Source: an uncultured Acidobacteriota bacterium (GTDB taxonomy: Bacteria > Acidobacteriota > Thermoanaerobaculia > Multivoradales > JAHEKO01). Taken from it: a DNA stretch of 64,000 nucleotides. The position numbers were made by a program, and so were the translations under genes. How positions within the stretch are numbered: position 1 is the stretch's first letter; the number at the start of each line of letters is the position of its first letter. The notes under the pieces are model-generated. The model saw only the letters and a list, made by a program, of their open reading frames with translations, was not told the DNA's origin and did no database searches. Positions 51,447-63,199 of this stretch are shown here, piece after piece. Location: contig CAVRAU010000023.1 in assembly GCA_963719055.1 (NCBI GenBank), positions 136,699 to 200,698 of the forward strand, read 5' to 3'.

Positions 51447-52016
51447 GTGGTAGATCTACCTTCACTCAAGCGCAAGAAGACCCTCAACGAGAGACTGATG
51501 AATCTCGATCAGGATATCCGTCGCTTTCGCATCGATTACGAACGGTTCTTCAGCGGCAACCTCCCCATCCCTCCGGAACAGCGGCGGATCAGCATCATCA
51601 ACCAGATCAAGGAGCTGCGCACCGAGCGCATGAAGGCGGTTTCGCATCGTTTCCGCTTCAATACCCTGGAAGCCAAGTTCAATGCATTTCTCGTCTTGTT
51701 CAACCGACGGATGCGGGAGGTCGAGCTGGGCCGCAAGGCTCGCCCGATCGCCGGCTCCGAGGAAATCCAGTTCGATCCGCTAAAAGGTGTGGTGGTGGAT
51801 GAGAAACCCAGCGACGCCGCCACACAGGCTCTCTTCCAGGGTCTCTACGCGGACAGCGCGACCGGTCCCAAAGCCGACTTCGGGAAGTTCCAGACCTATC
51901 TCGAAAAGCAGGCGGCGAAGATCCGCGACAAGACCGGCTGCAACCAGGTCAGCTTTCGAGTGGCGTCGGAGAAGGGGAAGTTGAAGCTGAAGGCCAAGGC
52001 GGTCAAGAGTGACTGA
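51447..52016 (+). CDS. hypothetical protein (basic, Lys-rich C-terminus)
   Basis: 189 aa with no recognisable catalytic motif. Ends 'FRVASEKGKLKLKAKAVKSD'. Divergent from selA. Confidence 0.4.
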   Translation: MVDLPSLKRKKTLNERLMNLDQDIRRFRIDYERFFSGNLPIPPEQRRISIINQIKELRTERMKAVSHRFRFNTLEAKFNAFLVLFNRRMREVELGRKARPIAGSEEIQFDPLKGVVVDEKPSDAATQALFQGLYADSATGPKADFGKFQTYLEKQAAKIRDKTGCNQVSFRVASEKGKLKLKAKAVKSD

Positions 52017-52028
52017 GGGCGGGCCCGC

Positions 52029-53339
52029 CTAGTCCATACTCCGCAGACCAAGCCCACCGATCAGCAGCGAGGGGGCGCCGATCATGGCACTCAGTGGCTG
52101 GAAGCTCAAGTCGCGAGCCACCGCCTGGATATTCCGCAGTAGGGCACCGATCCCCCCTTCGACCCAAGTCCGCGACAAGGGTGCGGTGGCCTGACCCTGA
52201 CGCAGGACAAAGCCGCACACGGGTAGACGAAAATGGTCGCGCTCGAAGTCGAACATGCCGGGTCCCAGCGGCTCCAGCAGATAGTAGCCGCGAGAGACGG
52301 AGCTCAGGAGCTCGCCGACGCCAACTCCGTCTCGAGGCTGGAGATAGAGATGGGAGGGGGAGGTCTGAGGCAGGTCCCGCCAGCTCTCGCGTCGGGCACA
52401 CCCAAACACCTTCCGTGGTTCGCCGCCGCTCTGTCGCCAGTCCACCAAGGGCTGGCGATAGCGACCCTCCTCGATCAGCACGGCCGGTCCGGTGGGCAGG
52501 CCCTCGCCGTCGACCGGGCTGGCCAGGACGCCGGCGGGCAGCCGACCGTCGTCGATGATCGTCAGCAGCCCGCTGCCCAATCTGCCCTGCCGGTCCCTGA
52601 GACGTCGAGCCAGCGCCTCGGCATCGACTCCCAGCAGCAGGGGCAACAACGATGCGAGGAGCCGCGCGGCCACGGCGGAACCGACCAGGACATCGCCCCG
52701 TTCTCTCGAGGGAGCCGCTCCCTGCCGCGTCAGCAGCAGTCGATTCGCCAGCCGCTTGGCGATCGCCGCGGGTTGGAACGCACGATGGTCCCGCTCCGCC
52801 AGCGACAAGACCGCGGAGGCCGATCCCTGCCAGGGGCCGACTGCCTCGACAAACAACGAGGCGGCTCGGCTGCGGTAGTCCACATCGATGCCTTGCGTGC
52901 TGACGATCGAGGTCTCGCTGGTGCCCTCTTCCAACCGACCCAGGATGATGTGGCTACCCGGCACTTCGTGGATCAGGGCACTCTCGATACCCGACAGCAG
53001 AGCCACGGCCTCGGCCTCGGCCACCAGAGCGGTGTCGAGATCAGTGGGAGGACGCCACGGTGGTATCGGCATCGCCGGGGGTAACCGCAAAGGCTGGCCA
53101 TCCGGCTCTGGCCACTTCAGACTCGCCTTGGGGAGCCCGGTACCGGCGATAAACAAGGAGGACCGGGGGCTGCCTGCCCGAATCGCCCAGCCGCGCTCGA
53201 CACTGGAGCTCCCCGCCTTGCCCTGCGAGCCGATCTCGAATCGCCGTGAGCGGCCGCTCTTGGAATAGATCTCGGCCTCTTCCATGCCCGCCCGCTTCAA
53301 CGACTCGAAAATCTCCGCTGATTGCCCCTGATCCGTCAT
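52029..53339 (-). CDS. pmbA: TldD/PmbA-family metalloprotease (PmbA/TldE-like)
   Basis: Start at '[18 protein letters not shown]' (ATGA overlap with tldD). Carries a TldD/PmbA C-terminal beta domain and 'GYYLLEPLGPGMFDFERDHF'. Confidence 0.7.
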   Translation of the reverse strand: MTDQGQSAEIFESLKRAGMEEAEIYSKSGRSRRFEIGSQGKAGSSSVERGWAIRAGSPRSSLFIAGTGLPKASLKWPEPDGQPLRLPPAMPIPPWRPPTDLDTALVAEAEAVALLSGIESALIHEVPGSHIILGRLEEGTSETSIVSTQGIDVDYRSRAASLFVEAVGPWQGSASAVLSLAERDHRAFQPAAIAKRLANRLLLTRQGAAPSRERGDVLVGSAVAARLLASLLPLLLGVDAEALARRLRDRQGRLGSGLLTIIDDGRLPAGVLASPVDGEGLPTGPAVLIEEGRYRQPLVDWRQSGGEPRKVFGCARRESWRDLPQTSPSHLYLQPRDGVGVGELLSSVSRGYYLLEPLGPGMFDFERDHFRLPVCGFVLRQGQATAPLSRTWVEGGIGALLRNIQAVARDLSFQPLSAMIGAPSLLIGGLGLRSMD

Positions 53340-54650
53340 CCGACCACCTCGACCGTTTCCAGCCTCAAGGCGGGTGCTGTCGCCCACACGGGCAGCTTGA
53401 TACCCCCTTTGGCACACCAACCCGCACCCGCCGATCGTCGCTCTTCGCCGACGCCGGTCACGGCCTGCAACAGGTCGGAGACCCGCCCCCGCAAACGACA
53501 AGGAGCCACCAGGTCACCGACCTTGCCCTGGCGAATCTGTCGACCCCAGGGGACGGACAAGGAAAACTCCCCAGAGAGAGGATCGAGGGTTCCTCGGGAA
53601 GCCTCGGCGAAGAACAGGCCGGCAGTGACGTCGGTCATGAGATCCTCGATCGACAGATCTCCGGCAAGCAGCTCGAGGTGGCTCGAACGAGGTACTGGGG
53701 GTACGTGGCGGTGACTTCGCCGCCCCGCTCCGGCTATGAGATCCGGCGAGTCGTGCGCCGTCTTGAGATCGGCCAGCAGCTGCTCCACGACTCCCCCGCG
53801 CAGCAGCCACCGACGGACGACTCTCATCCCTTCATCATCGGTCTGGCGACAGACGCCCGCCGGACCGTCTGCCGGGATTGTCCAACACGTTGAGGAGATC
53901 GCTACCCACCCGCAAACCCAGGGCCTTTTCGATTCGGCCCCCGAGGGCCAGGGTGTCGGTTTCCAGAGCGTGGGCGACAGCTTCATGAAGAAGCACCGCG
54001 CAAGCAGCCGGCCCCAGAATCACCGGCGAAGGCCCTGGCCGCACTGCCGAAGCCTCCCGGGCACGGAAGAGCGAGGTCAGGCTGGTCGCGACATCCTCCA
54101 CCTGCTCCTCACCCATCTCGGCCAACAAAGCGCCATGACGCCCCCAAGGAGTCTCCGCCTCGAAGCTATGAAACTCCTCCCGTTCCTGCTCTGGAGCCAC
54201 ATGAGTCCCGACGACACGCAGCCACCGGCGATATCGCCGGATCTTCAGGCGCAAGGGAAATCCAGCCAGCCGGCGCCGGATCGCCCGGGTCACTTGCACC
54301 GGAAATCTCTGCATCGCTCGTGGCACCTGCGAATCCTCGAAGACCGCGACTGGCAGGATCGGCGGAGAATAGGTCGCCGCGGGCAGGACCCGCGCCACCT
54401 GTCGCAGACTGTCGGCAAAGAGCTCCGGCTCGATCTGATCTCGCGACGCCAGCCAGGCAGCCCCCTCACGAATCAAGCGCACAGCGAACCCCTCTTCGCG
54501 CCACACTCGTGCACCGGCTGATTCTTCGGCTGCCGGCAGCTCGACGACTTCCTGACGTTCGAAGAAGACGTCCGCCAGGTCACCCTCGCGGTCCGCGATC
54601 TGGGCGAGCGATCGAGCAATGGCGGTCGTATCGAGATCGTCAAACGGCAC
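53336..54650 (-). CDS. tldD: TldD-family metalloprotease (apparent frameshift ~53900)
   Basis: N-terminal part '[13 protein letters not shown]...' and C-terminal part '[33 protein letters not shown]' lie in two frames. Both match TldD. Confidence 0.7.
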
Positions 54651-54725
54651 GATCGAAAATTCTTACACACCCTCGCCGACTCGGGGTATCGAATTCGTAG
54701 CGCCAGCGATGAGATAATCAAGTTC

Positions 54726-56297
54726 ATGACGAAATCAAAATCTGCGCCAGCCGACACCAAAGTAGGCGAGCTCGAACGACGACTGTCCGAGGCGAGAGCC
54801 GCCGGAGGCCCGGCTCGCATCGAGCGCCAGCACTCTGCCGGCAAGCTGACCGCCCGCGAACGCCTCGAGCTGCTTCTCGATCCGGGTTCTTTTGTCGAGA
54901 TCGATGCTCTGGTCACCCACCGCTGTCAGGACTTCGGCATCGAGGATCAAAAGATCCCAGGCGATGGGGTCGTGTGCGGATACGGCACGGTGGACAACCG
55001 ATTGGTCTATGTCTTCGCCCAGGACTTCACCGTTTTCGGTGGCTCCATGTCCGAGACCAACGCCCGCAAGATCTGCAAGATCATGGATCTCGCAGTGGAG
55101 AACGGTGCTCCAGTGATCGGCTTGAACGATTCTGGTGGAGCGCGTATTCAGGAAGGCGTGGCGTCACTCGGTGGCTATGCGGACATCTTCCTGCGCAACA
55201 CGTTGACCTCCGGGGTCGTACCCCAGATCAGCGCCATCATGGGTCCCTGTGCCGGGGGTGCGGTCTATTCGCCCGCCATCACCGACTACATCTTCATGGT
55301 CGAGAACACCAGCTACATGTTCCTCACCGGACCCGACGTCATTCGCACCGTCACCCACGAGGAAGTCACCAAGGAAGAGCTGGGAGGCGCCTCCACCCAT
55401 GCCGCCAAGAGCGGTGTCTGCCACTTCACCGTGCCCGACGACACCTCTTGTTTGTTGGCCATCCGCGACCTGCTTTCCTATCTGCCCAGTAACAACCTCG
55501 AGGACCCGCCCGCCGGATCCAGCGAGGACAATCCCGAGAGAGAGGACGAGACTCTCGACAGCCTGATTCCCGGCGACCCCAACAAGCCCTACGACATCAA
55601 GCGCCTCATCCACTCGGTTGTCGATGACGGCCGATTTCTGGAGGTGCAGGTCGAGTACGCCAGAAACCTCGTCGTCGGTTTTGCCCGGTTGGCCAATCAG
55701 AGCGTCGGGATCGTCGCCAACCAGCCCAACTACCTGGCCGGGGTCCTGGACATCGACGCTTCGTTGAAGGGGGCACGCTTCGTCCGCTTCTGCGATGCCT
55801 TCAACATTCCGCTGGTGACCTTCGAGGACGTGCCGGGGTTTCTCCCGGGAACCCAGCAGGAGTTCGGCGGCATTATCAAGCACGGGGCCAAGTTCCTCTA
55901 CGCGTTCGCAGAAGCCACCGTCCCGAAGATCACCGTCATCACGCGCAAAGCCTATGGTGGTGCCTATTGCGTCATGTCCAGCAAACACCTGCGAACCGAT
56001 GTCAATCTGGCCTACCCCGCCGCCGAGATCGCCGTCATGGGCCCCGAGGGCGCAGTGAGTATCCTGTACCGACGCGAGCTCGAAGCGGCCGGCGACGGGT
56101 CCGAGGATCTACGCCGAGAGCTGGTGGCCGAGTACCGGGAGAAGTTCTCCAACCCGTATATCGCCGCCGAGCGGGGCTTTATCGACGCTGTCATCCAGCC
56201 ACGACAGACCCGCCCACAGATCATTCGGGCTCTGCGCCAGCTGGGCTGCAAGCGCCAAAGTGTCCCACCCAAGAAACATGGAAACATCCCTATATAG
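54726..56297 (+). CDS. pccB: acyl-CoA carboxylase carboxyltransferase subunit (propionyl-CoA carboxylase beta / methylmalonyl-CoA carboxyltransferase family)
   Basis: '[23 protein letters not shown]', '[21 protein letters not shown]' and '[20 protein letters not shown]'. 523 aa. Confidence 0.85.
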   Translation: MTKSKSAPADTKVGELERRLSEARAAGGPARIERQHSAGKLTARERLELLLDPGSFVEIDALVTHRCQDFGIEDQKIPGDGVVCGYGTVDNRLVYVFAQDFTVFGGSMSETNARKICKIMDLAVENGAPVIGLNDSGGARIQEGVASLGGYADIFLRNTLTSGVVPQISAIMGPCAGGAVYSPAITDYIFMVENTSYMFLTGPDVIRTVTHEEVTKEELGGASTHAAKSGVCHFTVPDDTSCLLAIRDLLSYLPSNNLEDPPAGSSEDNPEREDETLDSLIPGDPNKPYDIKRLIHSVVDDGRFLEVQVEYARNLVVGFARLANQSVGIVANQPNYLAGVLDIDASLKGARFVRFCDAFNIPLVTFEDVPGFLPGTQQEFGGIIKHGAKFLYAFAEATVPKITVITRKAYGGAYCVMSSKHLRTDVNLAYPAAEIAVMGPEGAVSILYRRELEAAGDGSEDLRRELVAEYREKFSNPYIAAERGFIDAVIQPRQTRPQIIRALRQLGCKRQSVPPKKHGNIPI

Positions 56298-56379
56298 ACC
56301 CCATCCACCGCTTGACACCGGGGACGAGGTCGGGCAAGCTGACCCCCCGGCTGAATACGCCTAGATCCGAGGAGGGAAG

Positions 56380-56781
56380 ATGCGGGAAAAAGACCGTCAG
56401 CTGAGACGCCGACGAAAACGCCGTCAAGAGAGACTGAAAGAGCGTCGGCGAGAGATGCTCAAGAAACGAACCCCTCGCAGTAGCAAGCCCGTCAAGAAGA
56501 CGGCTGCCAAGAAGGCCAGCGAGGATAGCCCGGAGAAGGGCACCGCCAAGAAGGCTGCCGCCAAGAAGACTGCGGCCAAGAAGACCGCTGCCAAGAAGAC
56601 CGCAGCCAAGAAGACCGCTGCCAAGAAGACAGCGGCAAAGAAGACCGCCGCCAAGAAAACCGCTGCCAAGAAGACAGCAGCCAAGAAGACCGCCGCCAAG
56701 AAGACCGCCGCCAAGAAGACCGCGACAAAGAAGACCGCCAAGAAGACCGCTGACGAGGGTGGCGACTCGGCTAGCGAATAG
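56380..56781 (+). CDS. histone H1-like Lys/Ala-rich repeat (KA-rich) DNA-binding protein
   Basis: 133 aa. Basic N-terminus, then ~13 tandem 'AAKKT' pentapeptides. GAGGAGGG RBS upstream. Confidence 0.7.
   Translation: MREKDRQLRRRRKRRQERLKERRREMLKKRTPRSSKPVKKTAAKKASEDSPEKGTAKKAAAKKTAAKKTAAKKTAAKKTAAKKTAAKKTAAKKTAAKKTAAKKTAAKKTAAKKTATKKTAKKTADEGGDSASE
56545..56745 (+). repeat. 13 x 15-nt near-perfect tandem repeat (gccaagaagaccgcN) encoding (AAKKT)n
   Basis: Direct inspection. Only third-position variation between copies. Confidence 0.9.
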
Positions 56782-56819
56782 TCCCCACCCCTCCTCCCGC
56801 CTTGATAGGGAGTCCTGCC

Positions 56820-58073
56820 ATGTCCGAATACCGCTCGCTGCAAGCGACCGACGCTGAGATCTATGCCGCCATCGCCGCCGAGCGTCGGCGACAGAACGAG
56901 TCGATCGAGCTGATCGCCTCCGAGAACTTCGTCAGCCAGGCGGTACTCGAGGCCGCCGGCTCCGTGATGACGAACAAGTACGCCGAAGGGTATCCCGGGC
57001 GCCGCTACTACGGTGGCTGTGAGAATGTCGACGTGGCCGAGCGCCTAGCCATTCAGCGAGCCAAGGAGCTCTTTGGCGCCGAGCATGTCAACGTCCAACC
57101 CCACAGCGGCAGCCAGGCCAACATGGCCGTCTATTTCTCCGTTCTCGAGCCTGGTGACACGCTCATGGGGATGGACCTGGCCAGTGGCGGTCATCTGACG
57201 CACGGACACCGGCTGTCCTATTCGGGCCGCGATTTCCAGGTCGTGTCCTATGGGGTCGACAAAGAAACAGAGACCATCGACTACGAGCAGGTGGCCAAGC
57301 TGGCTCGCGAGCATCGTCCCAAGTTGATCATCTGTGGTGCCAGCGCCTACAGCCGCACTATCGACTTCGAGCGCTTCCGCAGCATCGCCGACGAGGCCGG
57401 GGCGTTGTTGATGGCAGACATCGCCCATATCGCGGGCCTGGTGGTCGCCGATCTCCACCCGTCACCCGTTCCCCACTGCCAGTTCGTCACTACCACTACG
57501 CACAAGACCCTCCGGGGTCCTCGCGGCGGCATGGTCATGTGTCACGAGGAGTTCGCCAAGAGCCTCGACCGCGCCTTGTTTCCTGGAATCCAGGGTGGGC
57601 CCCTGATGCACATCATCGCGGCCAAGGCCGTAGCCTTCAAGGAAGCTCTGGAACCGGAGTTCAAGGTCTATCAACAAAGACTGGTCGCCAACGCCGCGTC
57701 GATGGCGCAACGCATGGTGGAGTTGGGCTTTCGGATCGTTTCCGGCGGTACCGACAATCACGTATTTCTTGTCGACGTCGCGGCGGCCGGACAAACCGGC
57801 AAGCTCGTCGAGAAGGCCCTCGAGAAAGCGGCCATTACCGTCAACAAGAACACCATTCCCTACGACCCCAAGCCACCCCTGGTGGCCTCGGGTATTCGTA
57901 TCGGCACACCGGCGGTCACCTCCAGGGGTATGGAAGAGTCCCAGATGATCGAGATTGCCGATCTCATCGCCCGGGCCCTGGAAGAGCCGGAGGACGACGA
58001 CCATTTGGCAGGAGTACGGAACCAGGTCCTGGAGCTCTGCGAGAGATTCCCGCTCTATCCTCCATTGGCCTGA
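56820..58073 (+). CDS. glyA: serine hydroxymethyltransferase
   Basis: '[38 protein letters not shown]' and the PLP site '[15 protein letters not shown]'. Confidence 0.95.
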   Translation: MSEYRSLQATDAEIYAAIAAERRRQNESIELIASENFVSQAVLEAAGSVMTNKYAEGYPGRRYYGGCENVDVAERLAIQRAKELFGAEHVNVQPHSGSQANMAVYFSVLEPGDTLMGMDLASGGHLTHGHRLSYSGRDFQVVSYGVDKETETIDYEQVAKLAREHRPKLIICGASAYSRTIDFERFRSIADEAGALLMADIAHIAGLVVADLHPSPVPHCQFVTTTTHKTLRGPRGGMVMCHEEFAKSLDRALFPGIQGGPLMHIIAAKAVAFKEALEPEFKVYQQRLVANAASMAQRMVELGFRIVSGGTDNHVFLVDVAAAGQTGKLVEKALEKAAITVNKNTIPYDPKPPLVASGIRIGTPAVTSRGMEESQMIEIADLIARALEEPEDDDHLAGVRNQVLELCERFPLYPPLA

Positions 58074-58094
58074 GACCCGTTGGTCACTTTCTAT

Positions 58095-59488
58095 CTATCG
58101 TCGCTGCAGATTGTCCGTCGCAGGATACGGCACACCGAACCGCTGGCGCAGATCCATTCGCACGTCGCCGACCAGATAGACCGAGCCACAGACCACGACA
58201 AAGTCCCCTGCCGCCGCCAAGGCCGCTGACAGCGCCGCGTTCCTATCGGTCTCGATGACGGTCTTGTCGCGGTCGCACCATGGCGGCGAGAGCCTCGGGG
58301 TCCATGGCTCGGGGACTCGCCGGAGACGTCAGGACCACTTTGTCGGCCCTCTCGGCCAGAACCGGCAGCACGCGATTCACCTCCTTGTCTGCCAAGGCCC
58401 CGAAAAGAAGAACGCATCGACCCTCTACCCGGTCGAGCGAGCGCCTGAGGGTTTCGGCACCATCGGGATTGTGAGCCACGTCCAACAGCACGGGTTTGGC
58501 GGCTGACGGCTCCACCCACTCGAGCCGGCCCGGCCAGCGAGTCATCGCCACACCGGCTGCGATGGCTGCGGGGTCGAACCGATCGAGCCCCGAAATGGCG
58601 AGCTGCTCGGCCGCCAACGTTGCCAGAGCGAGATTGGCCACCTGATGCTCACCTGGCAGCGGCAAGGTCAGTTGGTGCTTGCCGCTGGGAGTCTGCAACT
58701 CGATCTGCTGGCCGTTCCACCCAAGCTCCTCCCGGCTCATGATGGAGGCCAGCGCAGTTCCCCAGGACAGATGCGCCCCCATCTCGTCGGCAACCTCTTG
58801 AATGGCTTGGCGAGCCTCCGGCCGCTCCACCCAGGCGAGCGCCGGGCGATCTGGACGCAGAATTCCCGCCTTTTCCCGCCCGATGCTGGCCAGGGTCTTG
58901 CCCAGATACCGCTGATGCTCGAGGCCGATTTCGGTGATCAAGGAGAGCACGGGCTCGCATCCATTGGTGGCATCCAGTCGACCTCCCAGCCCCACCTCGA
59001 GCACCGCGAGATCCACGGATTCGCGAGCAAACCAGAGAAACGCAGACGCGGTCAGGGCCTCGAAATAGGTCGGTAGATATCCCAGACGACTCTCGGCTGT
59101 GGCCACGACCTCGGCCACAGTGGATGCGAGTGCCGCGGTCGGAATCGCTTGGCCATCGATTCGCAGTCTCTCTTCCACCGACTCGAGATGAGGAGAGGTG
59201 TACAGACCCACGCGGTAACCCGCAGCCTTCGCCATGCCGGCCAGCAAGGCGGCCGTGGATCCCTTGCCATTGGTGCCGGCTACGAGGACAGGCACGAAGA
59301 TTCTCCTGGGGGTCACCCAAGGCCGTCAGAAGTCGTCGGGTGGTCTCGAGCCCCAGACGAACTCCGAATGCCTCCAGGCGCTGCAAAAGGGATTCGAGCT
59401 CGGACTCGGTGCTCACACATACGCTCCCGGAAGGCTCGACCCCAGGGTACCGAGGGCCGAAGTCGCTCAGTGAAAATGTCGCAGGCAC
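58095..59488 (-). CDS. folC: bifunctional folylpolyglutamate synthase / dihydrofolate synthase (two apparent frameshifts ~58250, ~59315)
   Basis: 'VLVAGTNGKGSTAALLAGMAKAAGYRVGLYTSPHL' P-loop. N-terminus ('ESLLQRLEAFGVRLGLETTRRLLTALGDPQENL') and C-terminus ('GSVYLVGDV...') lie in other frames. The 5' frameshift sits at a CCCCC run. Confidence 0.8.
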
Positions 59489-60312
59489 CGGGACACGGTC
59501 TGCTTCAGCTCGGTGCGTGGCACGACCATATCCAGGAAACCGTGCTGCAGAAGGAACTCGCTGCGCTGAAAGCCTTCCGGCAGGCTCTCGCCGATGGTCT
59601 GCTCGATGACTCGCGGGCCGGCGAAGCCGATCAAGGCGCCTGGTTCGGCGATGTTGAGATCACCCAGCATGGCGAAGGAGGCCGTGACCCCACCGGTCGT
59701 GGGATCGGTGAGGATGGACAGATAGGGCAACCGGGCCTCTCGCAGACGAGCCAGGGCAGCGCTGATCTTGGCCATCTGCATCAGGGAGAGGGCGCCCTCC
59801 TGCATGCGGGCGCCTCCCGACGCCGACACCACGACCAGGCCGATGTCGCGTCGCAGCGCTTCCTCGGCGGCGCGCGTGATCTTCTCTCCGACCACGGAAC
59901 CCATGGACCCACCCATGAAGCGATACTCCATCACCGCCAGGATCACCTGTAGGTCATCGATCCGACCCTCCACCACCCGGACTGCTTCGGGTATGCCCGT
60001 CTTGTCCTGGTATTGCTTCAAGCGACTCTTGTACGGCTTGCTATCCCGGAACTTCAGCGGATCGACCGGCAAGATGCCGGTGAAAAGCTCCCGGGGCTGT
60101 TCTTCATCGATCAGCAGACCGATCCGTTCCGGAGCCGAGATGCGGAAGTGGTACCCGCATTTGGGACAGATCATGAGGTTCTTGTGCAGCTCTTTGGAGT
60201 AGATGATCTCCCGACAGCCGTCACACTTGACCCACAACCCTTCCGGTACCTGGCTGCGCTGTCGGACGGCGACTACGGGCTTGGGCTTCTTGCTCCTTTT
60301 GAACCAGACCAT
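59467..60312 (-). CDS. accD: acetyl-CoA carboxylase carboxyltransferase beta subunit
   Basis: Zinc ribbon 'CDGCREIIYSKELHKNLMICPKCGYHFR', then the carboxyltransferase domain 'VVVSASGGARMQEG'. Confidence 0.9.
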   Translation of the reverse strand: MVWFKRSKKPKPVVAVRQRSQVPEGLWVKCDGCREIIYSKELHKNLMICPKCGYHFRISAPERIGLLIDEEQPRELFTGILPVDPLKFRDSKPYKSRLKQYQDKTGIPEAVRVVEGRIDDLQVILAVMEYRFMGGSMGSVVGEKITRAAEEALRRDIGLVVVSASGGARMQEGALSLMQMAKISAALARLREARLPYLSILTDPTTGGVTASFAMLGDLNIAEPGALIGFAGPRVIEQTIGESLPEGFQRSEFLLQHGFLDMVVPRTELKQTVSRCLRHFH

Positions 60313-60526
60313 CGCCTCGCGTTTCTAACACTTAAACTCGCCGGTCGTCAACGAAGAAGTCTTTTCGACTGAGCCACTTAGAAAGCGAGCCGCAGGACGC
60401 TCCGACCGCGGTCGCAACCGGCGACGGCGACCGCGCTACAATGGGAATCGCTGACGAGATCAAGGGCAACTGCCCAATCAGAAGGTCGAGCGACACATCC
60501 TTTCTCGAGACAGGTAGGAGCGCAGA

Positions 60527-61276
60527 ATGGCGGGTCACAGCAAGTGGTCACAGATCAAACGCAAGAAAGCGGTCACCGACGCCCGCCGTGGTCAGTTGTG
60601 GACGAAGCTACTCAAGGAGGTGACGGTAGCCGCCCGGTTGGGTGGTGGCGATCCCGATGGCAATCCGCGACTGCGTACCGCGGTCCAGGAAGCCAGGAGC
60701 AGCAATGTTCCCAACGACAATATCGACCGGGCCATCAAGAGAGGTACCGGCGAGCTCGAGGGCGTGTCCTACGAGGAGGTGACCTACGAAGGTTACGGTC
60801 CCGGCGGAGTCGCCATCCTGGTCGAGGTGGTCACGGACAACCGCAATCGTTCGGTGGCGGAGATTCGTCACCTCTTCTCCAAGAGCGGCGGCAATCTGGG
60901 TGAGAACGGCTGCGTGGCCTGGATGTTCGACAAGAAGGGGCTGTTTGCCGTCGACAAGACCAGATGAGCGAAGAGGAGTTCATGGAGCTCGCCCTGGAGA
61001 TCGAGGCCGAGGATATCTCTATCGAGGAGGAGACCTACGAGATCTACTCTCAGCCGGAGCTTTTTGGAGCCCTCCAGGAAGAGCTCGAGCAACGCCAGGT
61101 ATCCCTTGTCGCCAGAGAGCTCGCGATGCTGCCTCAGAACCAGATCAAGGTGGAAGCCGACAAGGCACCCCAAGCTTCTCCGCCTCATGGAAGCTCTCGA
61201 AGATCAAGAGGATGTCCAGCATGTCTGGGCGAACTTCGATATCGACGCCGACGTCCTGGCCTCCCAGATGGGCTGA
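60527..61276 (+). CDS. yebC: YebC/PmpR-family probable transcriptional regulator (two apparent frameshifts ~60965, ~61190)
   Basis: '[28 protein letters not shown]' is the canonical YebC N-terminus. The middle and C-terminal ('[12 protein letters not shown]...') segments lie in other frames. Confidence 0.8.
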
Positions 61277-61299
61277 CTTCACGGCCCTGCCACAAAGAA

Positions 61300-61800
61300 T
61301 CTTGCGCATCCTAGGCCTAGACCCCGGCAGTCGACATACCGGCTACGGCCTGATCGAGGCCGACGGCGGATCCCTGCGCGCCCTCGCCCATGGCAGGTTC
61401 TCCTGTTCGGCTGCGAAACCGGTGGCCGATCGCCTGGCTCACATGGCCGCGGAGCTCACGGCTCTCCTCGCTCGCTGGCAGCCCGAAATCGCGGTACTCG
61501 AGACCCCCTTTCTCGGTATGAACACGCGCTCGCTGGTGGTTCTGGCGCAGGCCCGTGGCGCACTCCTGGCGGTATTGGCCGCTCAGGGGCTGGAGATCGA
61601 CGAGTACACCCCGGCCGAGGTCAAGAACGCGGTCACGGGCCACGGTCGTGCGGACAAGGGCCAGGTCGCAAAGATGGTCGGTCTGCATCTGTCGCTGGCC
61701 GGACACCCAGCTCAGCGAGGACGCTTCAGACGCCCTCGCGATCGCGATCTGTTTCGCCCAAAGAGGGCGAATGGACCGCATTCTGTCGGGTCGCGAATAG
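61300..61800 (+). CDS. ruvC: crossover junction endodeoxyribonuclease RuvC (apparent frameshift ~61690; probable TTG start)
   Basis: 'RILGLDPGSRHTGYGLIEADGG' and 'EIAVLETPFLGMNTRSL'. The C-terminal 'DASDALAIAICFAQRG' lies in the alternative frame. Confidence 0.8.
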
Positions 61801-62027
61801 GCCCCACCGACTCCGAACCCCGCTCGGTTGTCGGCTTACAGAACCCTGTGCTAGCATGCCATCCTTGTTTCCACAGCTGGCGAGGAATAGACTCTTCGCT
61901 GTTGACAATTGGATGACATCGGAGTGCGGTCTCGCTTCTTGGCGGACCGGTATCTTCCGATCTGTGGGGGGTCGTCGGGAACTCGTTTCGGCGATCTGGG
62001 GTCTAATTTAGATAGAGGAGGAAAGTC

Positions 62028-62735
62028 GTGGAATTCGGCGGAACTTTCGTAAAGCTCTTCAGGGATGGTGGTCCCGTTATGTACCCTCTGTTGTTGTTCT
62101 CGATACTTGGATTGGTGTTCATCATCGAGCGTTTCATCGCGCTGCGCAAAGCCAAGATCAACGTCAATGAGTTTCTCGCCAAGATTCGCAAGTCCTTGAT
62201 CGTCAACCGATCGATCAAAGACGCCATCAAGGTCTGCGAGAACTACCGCGGGCCCGTGCCGTCCATCATGAAGGCTGGCCTGCTGAAGTACGGTGAGCCG
62301 AAGGAGGACGTCGAGAAGACCATCGAGAACGCAGCCCTGTTCGAAATGGGACGTCTCGAGCAAAATCTGGTCTGGCTCGCGACCATCGCCAACGTATCGC
62401 CGCTACTGGGCTTCTTCGGCACGGTGGCCGGCATGATCAAGTCGTTCGACGCTCTGGCCGAGGCCGGTCTGTCCAACCCCGGCCTGGTGGCCGCGGGTAT
62501 CTCAGAGGCCCTGATCACAACGGCCGCAGGTCTGGCCGTGGCGATTCCGGCCCAGTTGTCCTACAACTTCTTCATGAGCCGGATCAACAAGTTCGTGCGC
62601 GACATCGAGACCTCCACGAACATGCTTCTGGAGACCTTTGGCGAGATGCAGCGCAGTGGAATCAGCCCCGAGCCCGCAGGAGCGCGGCCGAGCGCTGGAT
62701 CCGCACCAGCCACCAAGCCGGCAGCTGGCGGCTAG
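62028..62735 (+). CDS. exbB: MotA/TolQ/ExbB-family proton channel
   Basis: GTG start with GAGGAGG RBS. 'GFFGTVAGMIKSFDAL...GISEALITTAAGLAVAIPA' is the TolQ/ExbB signature. Confidence 0.8.
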   Translation: MEFGGTFVKLFRDGGPVMYPLLLFSILGLVFIIERFIALRKAKINVNEFLAKIRKSLIVNRSIKDAIKVCENYRGPVPSIMKAGLLKYGEPKEDVEKTIENAALFEMGRLEQNLVWLATIANVSPLLGFFGTVAGMIKSFDALAEAGLSNPGLVAAGISEALITTAAGLAVAIPAQLSYNFFMSRINKFVRDIETSTNMLLETFGEMQRSGISPEPAGARPSAGSAPATKPAAGG

Positions 62736-62757
62736 AGTCCGGGAATCGGTATAGACC

Positions 62758-63195
62758 ATGAAACTCCTAGTCCGATCAGTTCAGAACCAGGGCATACCTA
62801 CCGCCTCGATGGCGGATATTGCTTTCCTGCTGATCATTTTCTTCATGGTCACCATCAACTTCGAAGTGGACAAAACACAGGTCTTTCTGCCAAAGACCAA
62901 TATCCGCCTCGAGATTCCGAAGAAAGCTGCCTACATCTCCATCACGGAGGCCGGGCAGATTCGGGTGAGTGGCGGTGAAGAGATCAGCGTTCCAGTGCAT
63001 CCGGAGGACGTGCTCTCTTTCGCCGCTGACGTGGTGGCCAGGGATCCCGCCAAAGAGTTCGTACTCAAGGCCGACACCAACGTTCCCTATCGCTATGTCG
63101 ATGGGGTGATCGATTCCCTCAAACAGGCCAAGGCGAGGGTCATCTATCTCCTCTCGGAGCAAGAGACCGTCGACTCGGCCGCATCTGGAGGCTGA
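62758..63195 (+). CDS. exbD: ExbD/TolR biopolymer transport protein
   Basis: 'IPTASMADIAFLLIIFFMVT' is the ExbD N-terminal TM. Confidence 0.8.
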   Translation: MKLLVRSVQNQGIPTASMADIAFLLIIFFMVTINFEVDKTQVFLPKTNIRLEIPKKAAYISITEAGQIRVSGGEEISVPVHPEDVLSFAADVVARDPAKEFVLKADTNVPYRYVDGVIDSLKQAKARVIYLLSEQETVDSAASGG

Positions 63196-63199
63196 GGTA

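Noticed and set aside
56545-56745. Regular 15-nt direct repeats considered as possible CRISPR/minisatellite
   Set aside because: The repeats are contiguous with no spacers, lie in frame within a coding sequence, and encode (AAKKT)n. They are a coding tandem repeat, not a CRISPR array.
60313-62027. Intergenic regions (60313-60526, 61801-62027, 38865-39052, 31742-31838) screened for tRNA/ncRNA
   Set aside because: No cloverleaf-compatible sequence with a T-loop GGTTCGAATCC-type motif, and no conserved riboswitch-like motifs recognised. A TTGACA hexamer at ~61903 lacks a credible -10 box.
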